A stretch of DNA of 63,672 nt, filler included, from Rhabdomonas costata (Eukaryota), in the NCBI GenBank assembly GCA_019059605.1. It is 48 parts of 48 records of this genome, joined end to end, with 100 filler letters (N's around TTAATTAATTAA, not from the genome) between each part and the next. Parts side by side here need not be neighbours in the genome. Positions count along the whole stretch, not along the records: positions 50,484 to 51,711 come from JAHMHO010022782.1; positions 51,812 to 53,039 come from JAHMHO010022783.1; positions 53,140 to 54,378 come from JAHMHO010022784.1; positions 54,479 to 55,706 come from JAHMHO010022785.1; positions 55,807 to 57,034 come from JAHMHO010022786.1; positions 57,135 to 58,359 come from JAHMHO010022787.1; positions 58,460 to 59,687 come from JAHMHO010022788.1; positions 59,788 to 61,015 come from JAHMHO010022789.1; 40 more parts are not named here. One strand, given 5' to 3'. The first letter of the stretch is position 1. Each line of letters opens with the position of its first letter. Below are positions 50,866-63,311 of this stretch, in pieces. The notes beneath the pieces were generated by a model. That model ran no database searches, was not told where the DNA came from, and saw only the letters and a list, made by a program, of their open reading frames with translations. Position numbers and translations under genes: made by a program.

Positions 50866-51631
50866 GAGTACGGGGGCTCTGGGCTGGGCTTGGTTATCAC
50901 CCGGCAACTGGTAATGCTAATGGGCGGGCGAGTGTTCGTCGACATGACGCGCACCGCGGTGGGCATGGGCTCGACGTTCGTGGTGGAGCTGACCCTCCCG
51001 GTCGCTATCCCTGCGGCGGCCATTCCCTCAGCTCCCGCGCCGGTGCCCGTGCCCGTGCTCCCAAGTCCCGACTTCGACCTCCCCAGCCCTTCGAGCACCC
51101 TGCTGCAGTTCCCCAACGAGTTGATCACCGCAATGCTGGTCGACCGGAACCCGGACGACACTCCCGGCCCGCAAAGCAGCCCAGAAACCAGCCCGGAAGC
51201 CGCAGATAGGGGCTCTATTGCTCGGGGCGCTCAGTTCAGCATCCCTATCATCGATGTCTCCCGCGTTCCTACCTTCATTCCTGAGATCTCAACACCAGCG
51301 GCTGCCAAGCGCCCGCCACGCCATGTGGGCAGCATCCTCGATCATCTGGAGTTTCCGCTCAACTCCTTTGACATGGAGAGAAAGAGACGGGGCTCCGGAG
51401 TGTCCGACCTCTCCTCCTCTTCCGCGCTGCGCAGCGAGGCCAGCGCGGAGGAGACCGGGGCCAACCTCTCCCCGCGCTCGCCAGCGGCCCTCTCTCAGGC
51501 GTCCTCCCAGGCCCTGGCGGGAAGGTTCGCAGGCTTCTCCGCCCTGGTCGTGGACGATAGCCCGCTGAACCTGACGCTCACAGCGCGGGTGCTGCGCTCC
51601 ATCGGGCTAAGCTCGGTTTTCACTGCGTCAG
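50866..51631 (+). CDS. Hybrid histidine kinase: end of HATPase_c, low-complexity linker, start of receiver domain
   Basis: YGGSGLGLVITRQLVMLMGG...GMGSTF (G2 box) and ALVVDDSPLNL (REC acidic pocket). The donor is TCAG|GTTGTT. The 5' exon boundary is uncertain. Confidence 0.9.
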
Positions 51632-53139
51632 GTTGTTGCCCAACTTTGTTCTGTCGCAAGAGCTGCATTGCCGTGGATTTTTTCTCTGGCGGTAAGGGGA
51701 GCAAACCACACNNNNNNNNNNNNNNNNNNNNNNNNNNNNNNNNNNNNNNNNNNNNTTAATTAATTAANNNNNNNNNNNNNNNNNNNNNNNNNNNNNNNNN
51801 NNNNNNNNNNNGGTGTTTTGTGAGAAACTGTCAGTTCTGGGGTGCACATACTCAGGTTGCTTATTTGGCAGACTATTTCTTGCCTCTCCCTTGTGTTTTT
51901 TGGTGATGCACGTGTCCCCAGTGTTGTGATGGATGCTTCTGGAGGGGGTTTGAGGGGTGAGCAATGCAAAAATGCACGTACTCCGTGAGACTGGGATAGA
52001 GTCCTTTTGCAAGGTTAGAAGGGGTTGCACATGTTCCCAGGGGATTCTTTTTTACGTCCATATCTCGTTGTCAAGGGCTAAATCGGCAAACGCTATCCCG
52101 GCGGATGGGGAGGGGGCCAAAGTATATATATGTGCATTTCCACGGCCCTCAACAAGCAAGCGGTCGAACCAAATCTTCCAAAAACATATGACCATGTGAC
52201 GCAAGCGTGTGCGCGTGTTGAAACCATGACCTACGCACACTCACGTCATGCGCTTATTGGTCCAGCTGGGCAACTCGGAGCAATCCAAAGCTGTTGAACC
52301 CAAAATGAGGGCACCTGGTGCTCAATGCAGTGGCCCCTGAAACCTCTGCGAGCGAGGCCAAGGCAGAGTTCAGAGGAGAGTGGGCCGCCGTCACAAACTC
52401 GCACCGCAAGTGCTCCCCACATCCACCCTAAAAAAGTATGACATACAGTATGACATACATGTAGTTGACCACTCCCTTTCTGGTTCTTTTTGCTCAGGGC
52501 GAACATCCAGAATCGCCCGACGTATGAGGCGAGGGAATCCAACCTTCGCGCCCCCAACGAGTTGCTTCGTGTAACAAAAGGCGTGAATAATGGTGTGCCC
52601 AACATCTGGTTTTTGGGGCTCCATGAAAATTTCTACGTGACGTGGGTTTCATCTCGGTGAGGGAGTTGGGAACTCCACTGACAAATTGTTCTATGGCCCG
52701 CTTCGTATGAAAAGGGAGAGTTTTTCTTACATGTTGGGAACAAATGCACTATTTCAGAGAAATTTTCATTGTTGTGTATAGTAGGCTCCACCTTCAACTG
52801 AGACCTTTGTCCGAGCAGTTGTAGCACATTTTCTATGCCTGAGCGGTACAAAATCAGGGCCCTCACCGTGTCGCCTTATGTTTGGGGTTGCAGGAGCACG
52901 CAGTGCATCAGAAACAAACCTATGTCACCTTCAAAAAGACTGCTATGTTACCGAAACCTCGCATTTGCACTGTATACCTAAAAGGCTGAAAGGACCGGAG
53001 ATTTACTCCATACCACACACCCCCAAACACACCCACCACNNNNNNNNNNNNNNNNNNNNNNNNNNNNNNNNNNNNNNNNNNNNTTAATTAATTAANNNNN
53101 NNNNNNNNNNNNNNNNNNNNNNNNNNNNNNNNNNNNNNN

Positions 53140-53206
<67 letters not shown>
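53140..53206. repeat. (AC)n microsatellite, about 33 units
   Basis: Directly visible at the contig start. Confidence 0.97.
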
Positions 53207-53209
<3 letters not shown>

Positions 53210-53476
53210 AAAACATGAATGGCAGAGGTGTAGGAGTTTCACTGCTGTGCGGCTTTTGCTGTCAAGCAGACAAAGTCGGGGCAATGATTGAGTTGAGATC
53301 TCACGTGTCAAGAAGTTGTCACGTGGCATCAAAAGTGACAGTGGCCCAATCTCGCGGACTTGGGAGGAAAAACTGCAAGCCATGATGAAGGGCGACGCGC
53401 AACTGTTTGGGCATGCAAATATTATCCCACCGAAAGAAAATATTCATAGGTGTCTGTGTGCGTGGCGGTGACACGC

Positions 53477-54146
53477 CTGCAGCAGGTCAGCAAGGCTGTC
53501 CCAAGTGTGCAGAAAGGTGTCGGACTCGTTGAAGTGATCTTCGCAGCTGTAACCTATTCATAAAGCAAGATGACAAGCCAGCAAATATGGAAAAAACGAC
53601 CCGCAGCGATCTGGCTCCAAAAAGCTCTGAAAAGCTCCGTAACCTATCCATTCCAATCTCTTCCAGGGAATAGGGAAGAAAAAGAAGCGCCCTGGGGTCT
53701 CTGCAAATGCCCTCTTGTACCCTGCAAATGTACTCTTGTACCCTTGTACCCTTTTCTTTTCTCTCCCATTTGTGAGGCTGCTTCCTCCTCCAAGCTTGCA
53801 GGGATTGCCGAGAAACCCTTCTGCGAGTCATGTAGTGGATCGTCATATTGAAAGGAGGAAGAAGGATGGCGAGAAGCAAATGGTTGCGGGTGAAGCTCAA
53901 AGGCGCGAGGCCCTTCCCGAAGGGCAGGTCCATGCACTGAAAGCAAAGACAGAGCAGAGAGGGAAAGGCTATGCTTCTTATTGGGGGGAGGAAAACACCA
54001 GAAATCTCCAGCTCAGGCCCCAGGCGGTACTTGGCCTGATTCTTCTTTGCCTCCTCAATGGACTGCTTGATCCGCTTGAGGTTCCCGTCGAAGTCCATCG
54101 CCCACTGGTTCAGGTTGCATGTGCACACCTTCACTAAGCGCACCAT
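53477..54146 (-). CDS. NADSYN1: Glutamine-dependent NAD+ synthetase, first two exons (54146-53999, 53553-53477)
   Basis: [34 protein letters not shown]...[28 protein letters not shown] is the canonical QNS1/NADSYN1 N-terminus. The phase-1 GT-AG intron is 53998-53554. Confidence 0.95.
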
Positions 54147-54484
54147 TTTTTCTTGGAAAAAAAGAAGAAGAAGGATCCTGAAAAGTGGGAACGTGGATAA
54201 CGCAGAAGGCAGGCTGCAGGCGAAGGGGGGGGGGAGTATAAACAATCAATTATTGTTCCCCTTTCCCCCGAGATCTAAAGTGATTAAAGTGACTGATCAG
54301 GCACGAAGGTGCACGAAGGAGTCTGGGTTACGAGGGGTAATCGATGGATACCAGGGTTCTTTTGTATAAACAACACCCNNNNNNNNNNNNNNNNNNNNNN
54401 NNNNNNNNNNNNNNNNNNNNNNTTAATTAATTAANNNNNNNNNNNNNNNNNNNNNNNNNNNNNNNNNNNNNNNNNNNNGGGTTG

Positions 54485-55697
54485 GTGGGTGTTGCACTCC
54501 CATTTTGTTTAGGATAGATTTGGCGAGCCGTTTCAGCTTTGTTACAGAACAGTGGGGAAAAAAACTTGAGGTGGGGTTACACTGAATTTTGCAGAAGAGG
54601 GAGAATAATCACCTTTGTTTTAGGAAAGCATGGTCTCCAGGTGTCCTCCGCGTAGGCGGAGACACTGGCGTGCTCGAATGGCCACGTTTTCCATGGCCTT
54701 CTTGAAAGTGGCGGAGGGCAGGCTGCGTAAGGCGTGGGTCACCCGGCTCCGAAGCTGTCGTAGCGTGCGCACCGGTTGGGCGAAGACGGTCGCCTTAAGT
54801 TGGCCCCACAAGAAAAAGTCCAGTGGGGAGAGGTCCGGTGACCTCGGTGGCCAAAGGACCGTACCCCCCTTGGAAAGAACTTTTCCAGGAAAGAGACTGT
54901 GAAGTCGGGCCAAAACCCCACGCGTTGTGTGGGGAGCAGCACCGTCTTGCTGGAACCAAACCCGGCGTGATGTGGCGGCGGCGTAAAGCCGGAACAAGAA
55001 ACTCGTCCAGCATCCCCTTGTACCGGGCTCCGGTCACAGTAACAGTCCTTCCCCGGCACTGGAAAAAGTAGGGGCCAACGATCCCCCGTGAAGACAGACC
55101 ACACCACACCGTAAGGTGAAGTGATTGCTGGTCTTGCTCCACGAGAGCGTGGGGATTTTCGTCCCCCCATACCCGGCAGTTTTGCTTGCTGACTTGCCCG
55201 TTTAAATAAAAATGGGCTTCGTCCGTAAAGAGCAAAGACTGCCGGAAGGAGGGACTTCCCCACTTGTCCAGAAGCCAGCGACAAAATTGCAGCCGTTTGG
55301 CCCTGTCCCCACAATGCAGCCTTTGAGTTAGCTGCAACTTGTAGGGGTAGAGCCGCAGCTGCTGACGTAAAACGCGTGCTGCCGGATCAGTCCGCCTGGC
55401 CCTCACACGGCGCGGGGCCCCAGGCACACTCCCTACGCGCTGGAAAGCCCTGACCCACGTTACAAGTGTCTGGCCGGCCGGCACCAGCTCCCGCCCCCAT
55501 TGTCTCCTTAGGGCTCGTAACGCTCCTTCTGCTGAGCCGCAGCGATGATAGACCTCCACCGCATGGGCTCTCTCTTCCACAGTCCAACGCATCGGGAAAA
55601 ACGGTTATAAGTTTGCTTTTGGAAAAAAGGACAAAATCTGTAAATAGAAGGAGACGCAGCCCAGTAACCCACACCAATAAAATGGGGAACCACCCAC
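54485..55697 (-). mobile_element. IS630-Tc1-mariner transposon of the DD41D (rosa) group, nearly full length and defective
   Basis: The transposase spans 55592-54620 with LFTDEAHF, WFQQDGAAPH and WPPRSPDLSPLDFFLWG. I count 41 residues between the second and third Asp. There is a frameshift near 54965 and the HTH region looks shortened. Inverted ends are imperfect (GTGGGTG...CCCATTTT). Confidence 0.9.
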
Positions 55698-57809
55698 GAA
55701 ACAAACNNNNNNNNNNNNNNNNNNNNNNNNNNNNNNNNNNNNNNNNNNNNTTAATTAATTAANNNNNNNNNNNNNNNNNNNNNNNNNNNNNNNNNNNNNN
55801 NNNNNNGAGCGCTGGTTCTCAACACAGCAGCGCTGGAGGTCCCGGCTGAGAGGTCAGTGAGAATCCGCAGACATGCAAAACGACCAACAACAGCCGGGGT
55901 CGCACAAGGGACACACAGTCGACGGTGAACCAATCACAAACGCAGAGGCAAAGGCAAAGGTAAAAAGAAAATGCCCGTGTCCACAAAAATCATCCGGGCA
56001 AAAGAGATGCATTCACAAAAAACGAGAGCCCTGCCCCAGGTGGTTGTGCAGCGCTGCTGCTCGGTGCGGAAATCTTGCGAGACAGGGGGAGCCGCCAACC
56101 CGCCCTCGCACTTCGGGGTTGGGGGCATGGGGTATGGAGATCTTCCTCCAGGGGTGCCGTCCGATGTGCTTCGGAAAGCTGTCCGCGTGTGTGTATTGCA
56201 GAGCATGACAACAGCGAACGTGGGGGTTTATCCTGAGACAGCGACGCAGTGAGGACATGTTGAACTGCTTGCAACTTTCAAAAAAGCTCAACTCCCCGAA
56301 ACCCTTGCTAAACCGACAGTAACGGGGAAGAGCGTGGATCCCGGGATTCGCGTCAGCCTTCATGCTATGGCGGATGGGAAGCGCAGCGAACACCTTGAGG
56401 GCTACCCAGCGGGGCTGTGCGTGCGGGATTGTCCAATCAGCCAGCGTTTGGAACGAGAGGTTGGCGGGAAAATAACCCCGAAAGATAACATAATTCAACC
56501 CAACAAAAACCAATACAATGAATTGTGTGTATCGTTGGGAAGTGTAGCGCGTGAAACCTCGGCGCAATACGTACATATGTACATCGAAGGGAAACCCCCA
56601 GGCTATGCCATACCCCCGGGGTCAAGCCCAACGGCAACACAGGCAAAGCGCAAAGGTGAACCCTCCCCCGCTTCAGACAGAAATGCAAAAAGGCCACACC
56701 AAAAACATGGGAGGGCTCGAGAAAGGGTCGTGTGTGTGTGTGTCAAGTGAGGTGGTCATCGGGCTCCACCCACAAAGTATGTACGTACAAAAAGGACCAC
56801 ATGGCGGATAGGGGAACGGGAGAGAGAGAGCACCAAAGGCACAAGGCTCAAGGCTCAAGGCACGTGCATTGCAGAAGAAGTGTTTGTGTGTGTGTGTGTG
56901 GGGGCTATGGGCATGTAAGACAATCCACTATAAATCGGCCACGGCACCTGGCTTGCCAATAGATGCGCTTGGTGGCAGAACAGGGAAGGTCACAGTGCGG
57001 AGGGAGACTCCTCCTCACTGTGACCTTCCCCCCANNNNNNNNNNNNNNNNNNNNNNNNNNNNNNNNNNNNNNNNNNNNTTAATTAATTAANNNNNNNNNN
57101 NNNNNNNNNNNNNNNNNNNNNNNNNNNNNNNNNNTTTCCGATGTTTGTGGACAAGCGAGTGGTGGGGGTCAAACGCAGTAAAAGATTGGAGCAGTGTATT
57201 GCGAACTTTTGCTTGGTGTCAGAGATTCGGTCCGCCGCTATGACCTTTTGCCTAGCTGTGCCCGCATGGTGGTATTTATCCACGTTTTTTTATCGAGTCG
57301 AGTTTTCAGTGTCAACCTTCAGCCGTCAGTCGTAGCCTATGTGGATCGTCTGCGAACAGTTCGCTCGGATGGTGCGAACTATTCGACCTCCTCACCCCCT
57401 TTTTTTTTACTGGAATGACGGATTTAAAAGAAGAAAGGAAAAAGAAATTATCCAGATGACCAGTTTGATTTTCACCGTGTTTGCGTGGCAGTCTGTGGTG
57501 GGGGAAGGAGGATGAAACGAGTAATTGGCGTGCACTTCTTTCCCTTTCACTCCCATTCCCTTCCCTTTTTCTTTTTCCTCTGCAGCACTCAGACATTGTT
57601 CCTTCCTCACCCCCGTTCCCCCCAGTTTTTGCCGGACCTGCACCGCCTTCCGCGAACCACGCAAGGTCTTTCTCGCCTCTCGGCTGTGCATTGTCCCAAA
57701 GGGTGCGACAAGCCCCTCTAACCGCTTCTTCACCCTCGCGTGACCGTTTGTCTCCCTTCCTTTGCTTTCTCTCGCTCTCGTCACACTTCTCCAGAAAAAA
57801 CCAGAGCCA

Positions 57810-58010
57810 ATGTCCCGCCTATTTGGAAACCTGCGGCGCAGTGGCGGGCACGGGACCTCCTCCGTTGTGGTTGGAGTGAGCTCGGGCACCCCCTCCTCGG
57901 GGAGCACCTCGCCAACTTTGGGCTCGCGACCCTCGCCCGGCGGCAGTCTGCTGGTGGAGTCCGCCACCTCCGGAACCGGGCACCGCAACATCAGCTTCGA
58001 GCGCCCACAG
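57810..58010 (+). CDS. First exon of an unknown protein with a Ser/Gly-rich N-terminus
   Basis: The ATG follows a pyrimidine tract and CCAG. There are 67 codons before CAG|GTGCGA. Confidence 0.5.
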
Positions 58011-58698
58011 GTGCGAGTGCACCTGCCCTAGTACGGATGCTTGAGCGGTTGACAGTTTCTTTGCCGGTCTTTGCTTTGGAGTTCTGAAAGATCGCTCAGA
58101 ATGGTTTCACGGTGGGTTGGAAAACGACGAGCTGGGTTATTTTTTTTGTCTTTGTTAGCGGTTATGCCGCGTTTTAGTGGGGGTGGGTTGTAGTGCAGCA
58201 CATCGATGCTACTCGAGAATGGTTTGCTGTAGGGAGAAGTCAGCAACACAACCCAGAAAGCCCGTGGCGCAATAGAGCAAGGTTAGCAATGTGATATATT
58301 TGTCACATGCATTTGAACTTCTTTGCGTTTTCCACTTCTTCCACTCCTGTTGCGAATAGNNNNNNNNNNNNNNNNNNNNNNNNNNNNNNNNNNNNNNNNN
58401 NNNTTAATTAATTAANNNNNNNNNNNNNNNNNNNNNNNNNNNNNNNNNNNNNNNNNNNNCGGGCCCGGCAAGCCACAAGGCGGACGATTCCAACAAGCGA
58501 GCGTTTGCATGTGGAAAAATAGAAAGATGGAAAAAGTGGTGCTGTGCACAGGAGAGGTAGAGAGTTAGGGTTTTGTTCCATTCTCACCTTCCGTTGGGAC
58601 TGGCCTTATTTGTGGCCCCTGGAACCTTGCATTTTTTGATTTGTGAGAAGCGGTGTTCTGCAACTCACTCCTCATTGCATTTATCTGTGCGCGTTCAG

Positions 58699-58863
58699 GC
58701 AAAGCGGCACCCCACGCCATTGTCGGGGACCTCCAGCCAGTCCTTCACCGCGACCCGCTCCGTTACCCTCGCCCCGACGGCGGTGGCCGCTACTGCCTCA
58801 GAGACCACAGAGACCGCGGACAGGGCTGACACCGTTTCTTTGGACGTTCCAGAGCCAGACAAG
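58699..58863 (+). CDS. Thr/Ala-rich exon of an unknown protein
   Basis: TTCAG|...AAG|GTGAAT; 165 nt with an open frame. Confidence 0.4.
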
Positions 58864-61271
58864 GTGAATGGCCGTGTGCGTTGCAGGGAAAGGGCTGCAT
58901 AATTCGCTCTTTAGTGGCCGCTGCTGCCGGCTGGTTTCATTCCAAGGTTCCGTTGATGGCTTGTGTGTGGGTTTGTCAGCTATATGACATGTGGTTGCCA
59001 TACGCCGCAGGAGTGGCGACCTGTGAGTTATGCAGACATGAAGATGCACACTCGTGGTCACTGTCATCAGTGTGTGGTAATGCATGGAGTTCTCTGCTTT
59101 TTCCGGAACAAGGCGTTCATTCTTGCATCACAGCTGTTCCTGTCCTACATGTGAGCCCTCAGTTGACAAGAAATCATCGACAACATGGATCCTCTGTAAT
59201 ATTATCATGCTCTCTTGGGAGCAGGCACTTCACTTCGCAGTTTCTCGCGCACCGTGTAACGAGAAAGAAACGGCACCAACCTGCAAATTCTCGCGATCGT
59301 GGACCACACGAACAATTAATTGCCACTTCAAGTCTGTTTTTCAGAGCACTGGGCACTGGTCGAATAACTTCCCTAGCTGCCCCCTTAGCAATGGAAGCTG
59401 AGGGGGGACTGGTACCGGTTACCCCACATTCCATTGGGCCCCCGCCTTGCAGGTCGGCTGGATTCTCACCATTACTTATCATGATGTTGTGGTGATGTTT
59501 ATCGGGGTTCATAGGAGCACAGACCGGAGGCACTGAGTGTAGAGGCCACGAGCACCATGGAGCGGACCGGCAGCAGCACCGTGGGGACCCCGACGAAGTC
59601 CCGCAAGAAAGCCCGCACCCCTGTGGTGGCGAAGAGCGCGCTGGAGAAGGCCGAGGAGCGCAAGCACGAGCGCGAGGTGAGGCGGCANNNNNNNNNNNNN
59701 NNNNNNNNNNNNNNNNNNNNNNNNNNNNNNNTTAATTAATTAANNNNNNNNNNNNNNNNNNNNNNNNNNNNNNNNNNNNNNNNNNNNTGTGTTTGAAGGC
59801 GCGATTATTTCTATGACTCCTCTGGCGAATATGGGTTGTTCTCTGAGGCGAATTGTGAGTTTTGTGAACGGAGGTTTCTGGAGATGGGCAACGTAAAGGA
59901 CGGGTTTGAACCCCTTCTTGTGTGGTGGTGCAATTCTGAGTTCACGGAGTAACGTGATTTACAATGAAAGCCAAAAAAAAAGGTCCCGGATAAGAATTGT
60001 CCTGAATCGTATTTTAGCATACGCCCTTCACCTTCTCAGCAGAGATCCCATCCCATCCCTTAGGCCTTTCCTTTCCTTTGTGGTATGATGGGGGTCAAAG
60101 TGAAGGACACAGGGGCACTCTCCTGAAGAAAGCTCATGACATGACAGCCTCCTCAACCGTGTCCCTGAGGGTAGGAAAGCCCTGCAGTTTAATAATGTGA
60201 ATGGGGCTCGCAATGAGCTTCTAAAAGCAGTGATCGCTCTCGAGTTCCACAAAGACGCGTGCCCAAGGCAGATGCACGGGAGAACAAAATAGATTGAGAC
60301 ATGACCACAGCAAAGTGCATCACGAATAATCCCCCGGTCGGAGCACAGACTAATGGACATGTAAACATAAATACGCTGTTCACCAGGGATTCGGTCGAGG
60401 ATGCAATGCCTCTGACGGAGTCGGCCTGGGAATTGCATTGTCTTACTGGTATTTTGGTGCTATGCTCGACTACCCGCCTTCTACACTAATACGGAGTAGG
60501 CGCTTCTGTCCTATGTCCAGAAGCGGCAAGATAAATTCAGAAACGCAAATTAAGGTGAGAGGTGGTCAGCCTTCTCAGTTGAGGGGTTTTGGATGCAAGC
60601 TTCATTTGAAATGAAAGGAAGAGGGTCCAGAATCTGGTCGCTGCGAGAGCGTGGGAACCTGAGCACGGGGTGAAGCCCCGAAGGCTTATCCCACTGCCCA
60701 CGCTAACCACCGGGCGGATGCCGGTGGGCGTCAAGACTCGACCTGATCAAAAACAATAAAATAGCAAAAGAACAGAAAGAATCGGAATGCAACGCCCCCT
60801 CCAGTTCGCTGCTCACCGCACGGCGGTCCCTCAGCAATACAGTGTATTCTTCAGGAAGATCCAATCAGCACATGGCTAGCTGCGTGCCTGAGCCGGATAA
60901 CATAGAGCAGGGGTGAGGACCTGGTGCAGGCATCATCCTCACTCTGATAGGTAGGTAAAATCTTTTGAGCCCACCGAATTTATCCTTCTCACCGAAATAA
61001 TGCGGCCAACCAACCNNNNNNNNNNNNNNNNNNNNNNNNNNNNNNNNNNNNNNNNNNNNTTAATTAATTAANNNNNNNNNNNNNNNNNNNNNNNNNNNNN
61101 NNNNNNNNNNNNNNNGGGGGTGTGTCGGACGCGCACTCAACAGAAAGACACCTCTTGCTTCTTCCTTGGAACCCCCGACATTGCACAAATTCAGTCAAAG
61201 TTGCTAAAAATGATTTACTGGCTTACCAGCCCAGTGGCGGTACCCCGCCTAAGCACAACTCAGAAAAGCCC

Positions 61272-61849
61272 TCACAGCGAAAAAAACTGACACTCGAGCA
61301 CCGAACTAAGCCTCTCGTTCACGACGCATAGCAGCTCCTCGGAGGGCTTCTCAGATAGCAGCACCATCTCTTCCGTTGTCGCGGGGCGACTCATCCGATC
61401 CAGAAGCTCTCGGGATGAAGAGGGAAAGCCGCTCTCCACCTCCACCCTTCGTAGCTTGGCCTGCCGATAGACCTCCCGCAGCTCCGCCAGCGTACCCTCC
61501 AGCCTCAGCCCTTGGAAAGCACCGGCAATATAGGATTGACCCTCCCCCCGCAAAAAAAAAGGGGGGGGGGATCCAGGGAACACCAACATCATCGTGGTGC
61601 GGTGTTGCCACACATTGCAGCCGGCATCATCCAAACTGAACAGGTCGCTCGCTCAATTCGTTGAACTGCCCCAAATCCATGCACACATTGATGTAAATGT
61701 ATCGAATCACGCTGTGCAGTGAGCATACCTCTGGTTAGGTCTCTGTTGATCTTTGCCACGCCCTGAGGCGACAGCGCGGCGAACAACTCCTGCTCCTCGG
61801 GGCTCAGGTCGCGCCCCAAGGCTTCCGCAGCCAAAGAAAGAATGGCCAT
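61272..61849 (-). CDS. Unknown protein, exons 61849-61729 and 61510 to about 61272
   Basis: The phase-1 splice G|GTATGC...TTTCCAAG|GG yields INRDLTRGLRLEGTLAELREVY. The 3' end is uncertain. Confidence 0.45.
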
Positions 61850-62834
61850 GCCTTTTTACAATGCACACAAAAAAAAACGAATTAAAAGTGGAGCTGAGGA
61901 AGATGACGGCAAACAAGATCCCCGAGCTCAACTATGGACGGCGGGCGGCATTACCCAGCCACGGGCCACCAACCACCTGCCCACATACTGCAGCTGTCCA
62001 AAAAACGAAAGAAATTCACAATTCATTCGCGGTGTCACAACGTCACAACGGAGCAACCATTTGTACCGTGAAAATACCACCATCAAGCAGCACGCTTAAC
62101 CAAATTGTCCATGCGCACCTGTCCTTATGCCTCTTCAGTCGATACACCCACGTCCCTTACGCATAGTGGCACCCATTTCCAATTCACCGAGCGTTGCGCG
62201 GCCTTGCACCCGAACCAGGCACGGACAGTGACACAGTAAAATCGACTTTCTCGCGACTAGTCGGACCCAAATACAAAGACAAAAATCGGCAACACTTCAG
62301 ACGCTGCAAAACAAAGTTTTCAGTCAAGCAACAAAAACCCAAANNNNNNNNNNNNNNNNNNNNNNNNNNNNNNNNNNNNNNNNNNNNTTAATTAATTAAN
62401 NNNNNNNNNNNNNNNNNNNNNNNNNNNNNNNNNNNNNNNNNNNGGTTGTGGTGGAAAATGGTCTTTGTTGGCAAAGGGGAACTTGCCGAAATTGCGTTGA
62501 GCCGGTTAGGCATAATGGATCCCCAGAGAGTGATCCAAGCGGCAGAGGGCAGCAGAGGGGAATGAAGGCAGGAAGTAAGGCAGTGAGGAGGGGAAGGAAT
62601 GTCACCTGGGACTATTCATTTCTCTGTGCCTCCATATGGTTCAAAGACCGGTGGTCCAACCCCACAGAAAACCGAACGGCCGGATAGGATAGCGGCTGGT
62701 GGGTATAGTGTATTTTTCTTACCTTTACCACAAACCACGAGCCGGGGTGATGGACTTGCTTTGTGTTTATTGTTTGGGTGCTTTTTTTTCGTGTGTGGGC
62801 GAGGGAGAGATATTTGGGGGGCGGGGGTTGACAG

Positions 62835-63311
62835 GAGCTGCACGCCCAAGTTGCAGCCGAGCTGGCCGACGCGCGGCGCAGCCTGGCTGAACGAGAGGTT
62901 CCCTCTTCCCTCTTGTCCTGAAAACCTCCATATGTGTAACTCAGTTAATTCTCAGTTATATATAGCCTTACAGGATTCCCCTTCTTATGTTCTGGCAGTG
63001 TCCGCTTGTGTATTTGAATGTGGTGTTTTTCTTCTTCGTATAGTGGTATGCCGGCAATCGATTGGACTAGGCAAATTTTTCCACTTGGTTTGCTCGCAAA
63101 TGGGTTGTGACGTGTCAATATCAACCGTCAACAACGGCTCACAGAATCCACGTCCTGTGTCCTCCGTTTCCCACAGAATGGGGAGCGCTCCACAAAGGAG
63201 CTTCAGGCCCAGCTGACTTCTCTTTGGGACGAGAGAGGCGAACTGCGGAAGAGGGCCGAAGAGGCGGAGGCCAGCCGCGAACTCGCCTTTGCAGAGATGC
63301 GCCGGTGGAAG
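62835..63311 (+). CDS. Coiled-coil protein, exons 62835-62897 and 63177-63311
   Basis: ELHAQVAAELADARRSLAERE joins NGERSTKELQAQLTSL...EMRRWK across phase-0 AG/GT boundaries. Confidence 0.55.

Noticed and set aside
50800-50870. Euglenid-type non-conventional intron boundary upstream of the histidine kinase exon
   Set aside because: I could not identify the CAG...CTG stem consensus or the partner exon, so it is not supportable without a transcript.
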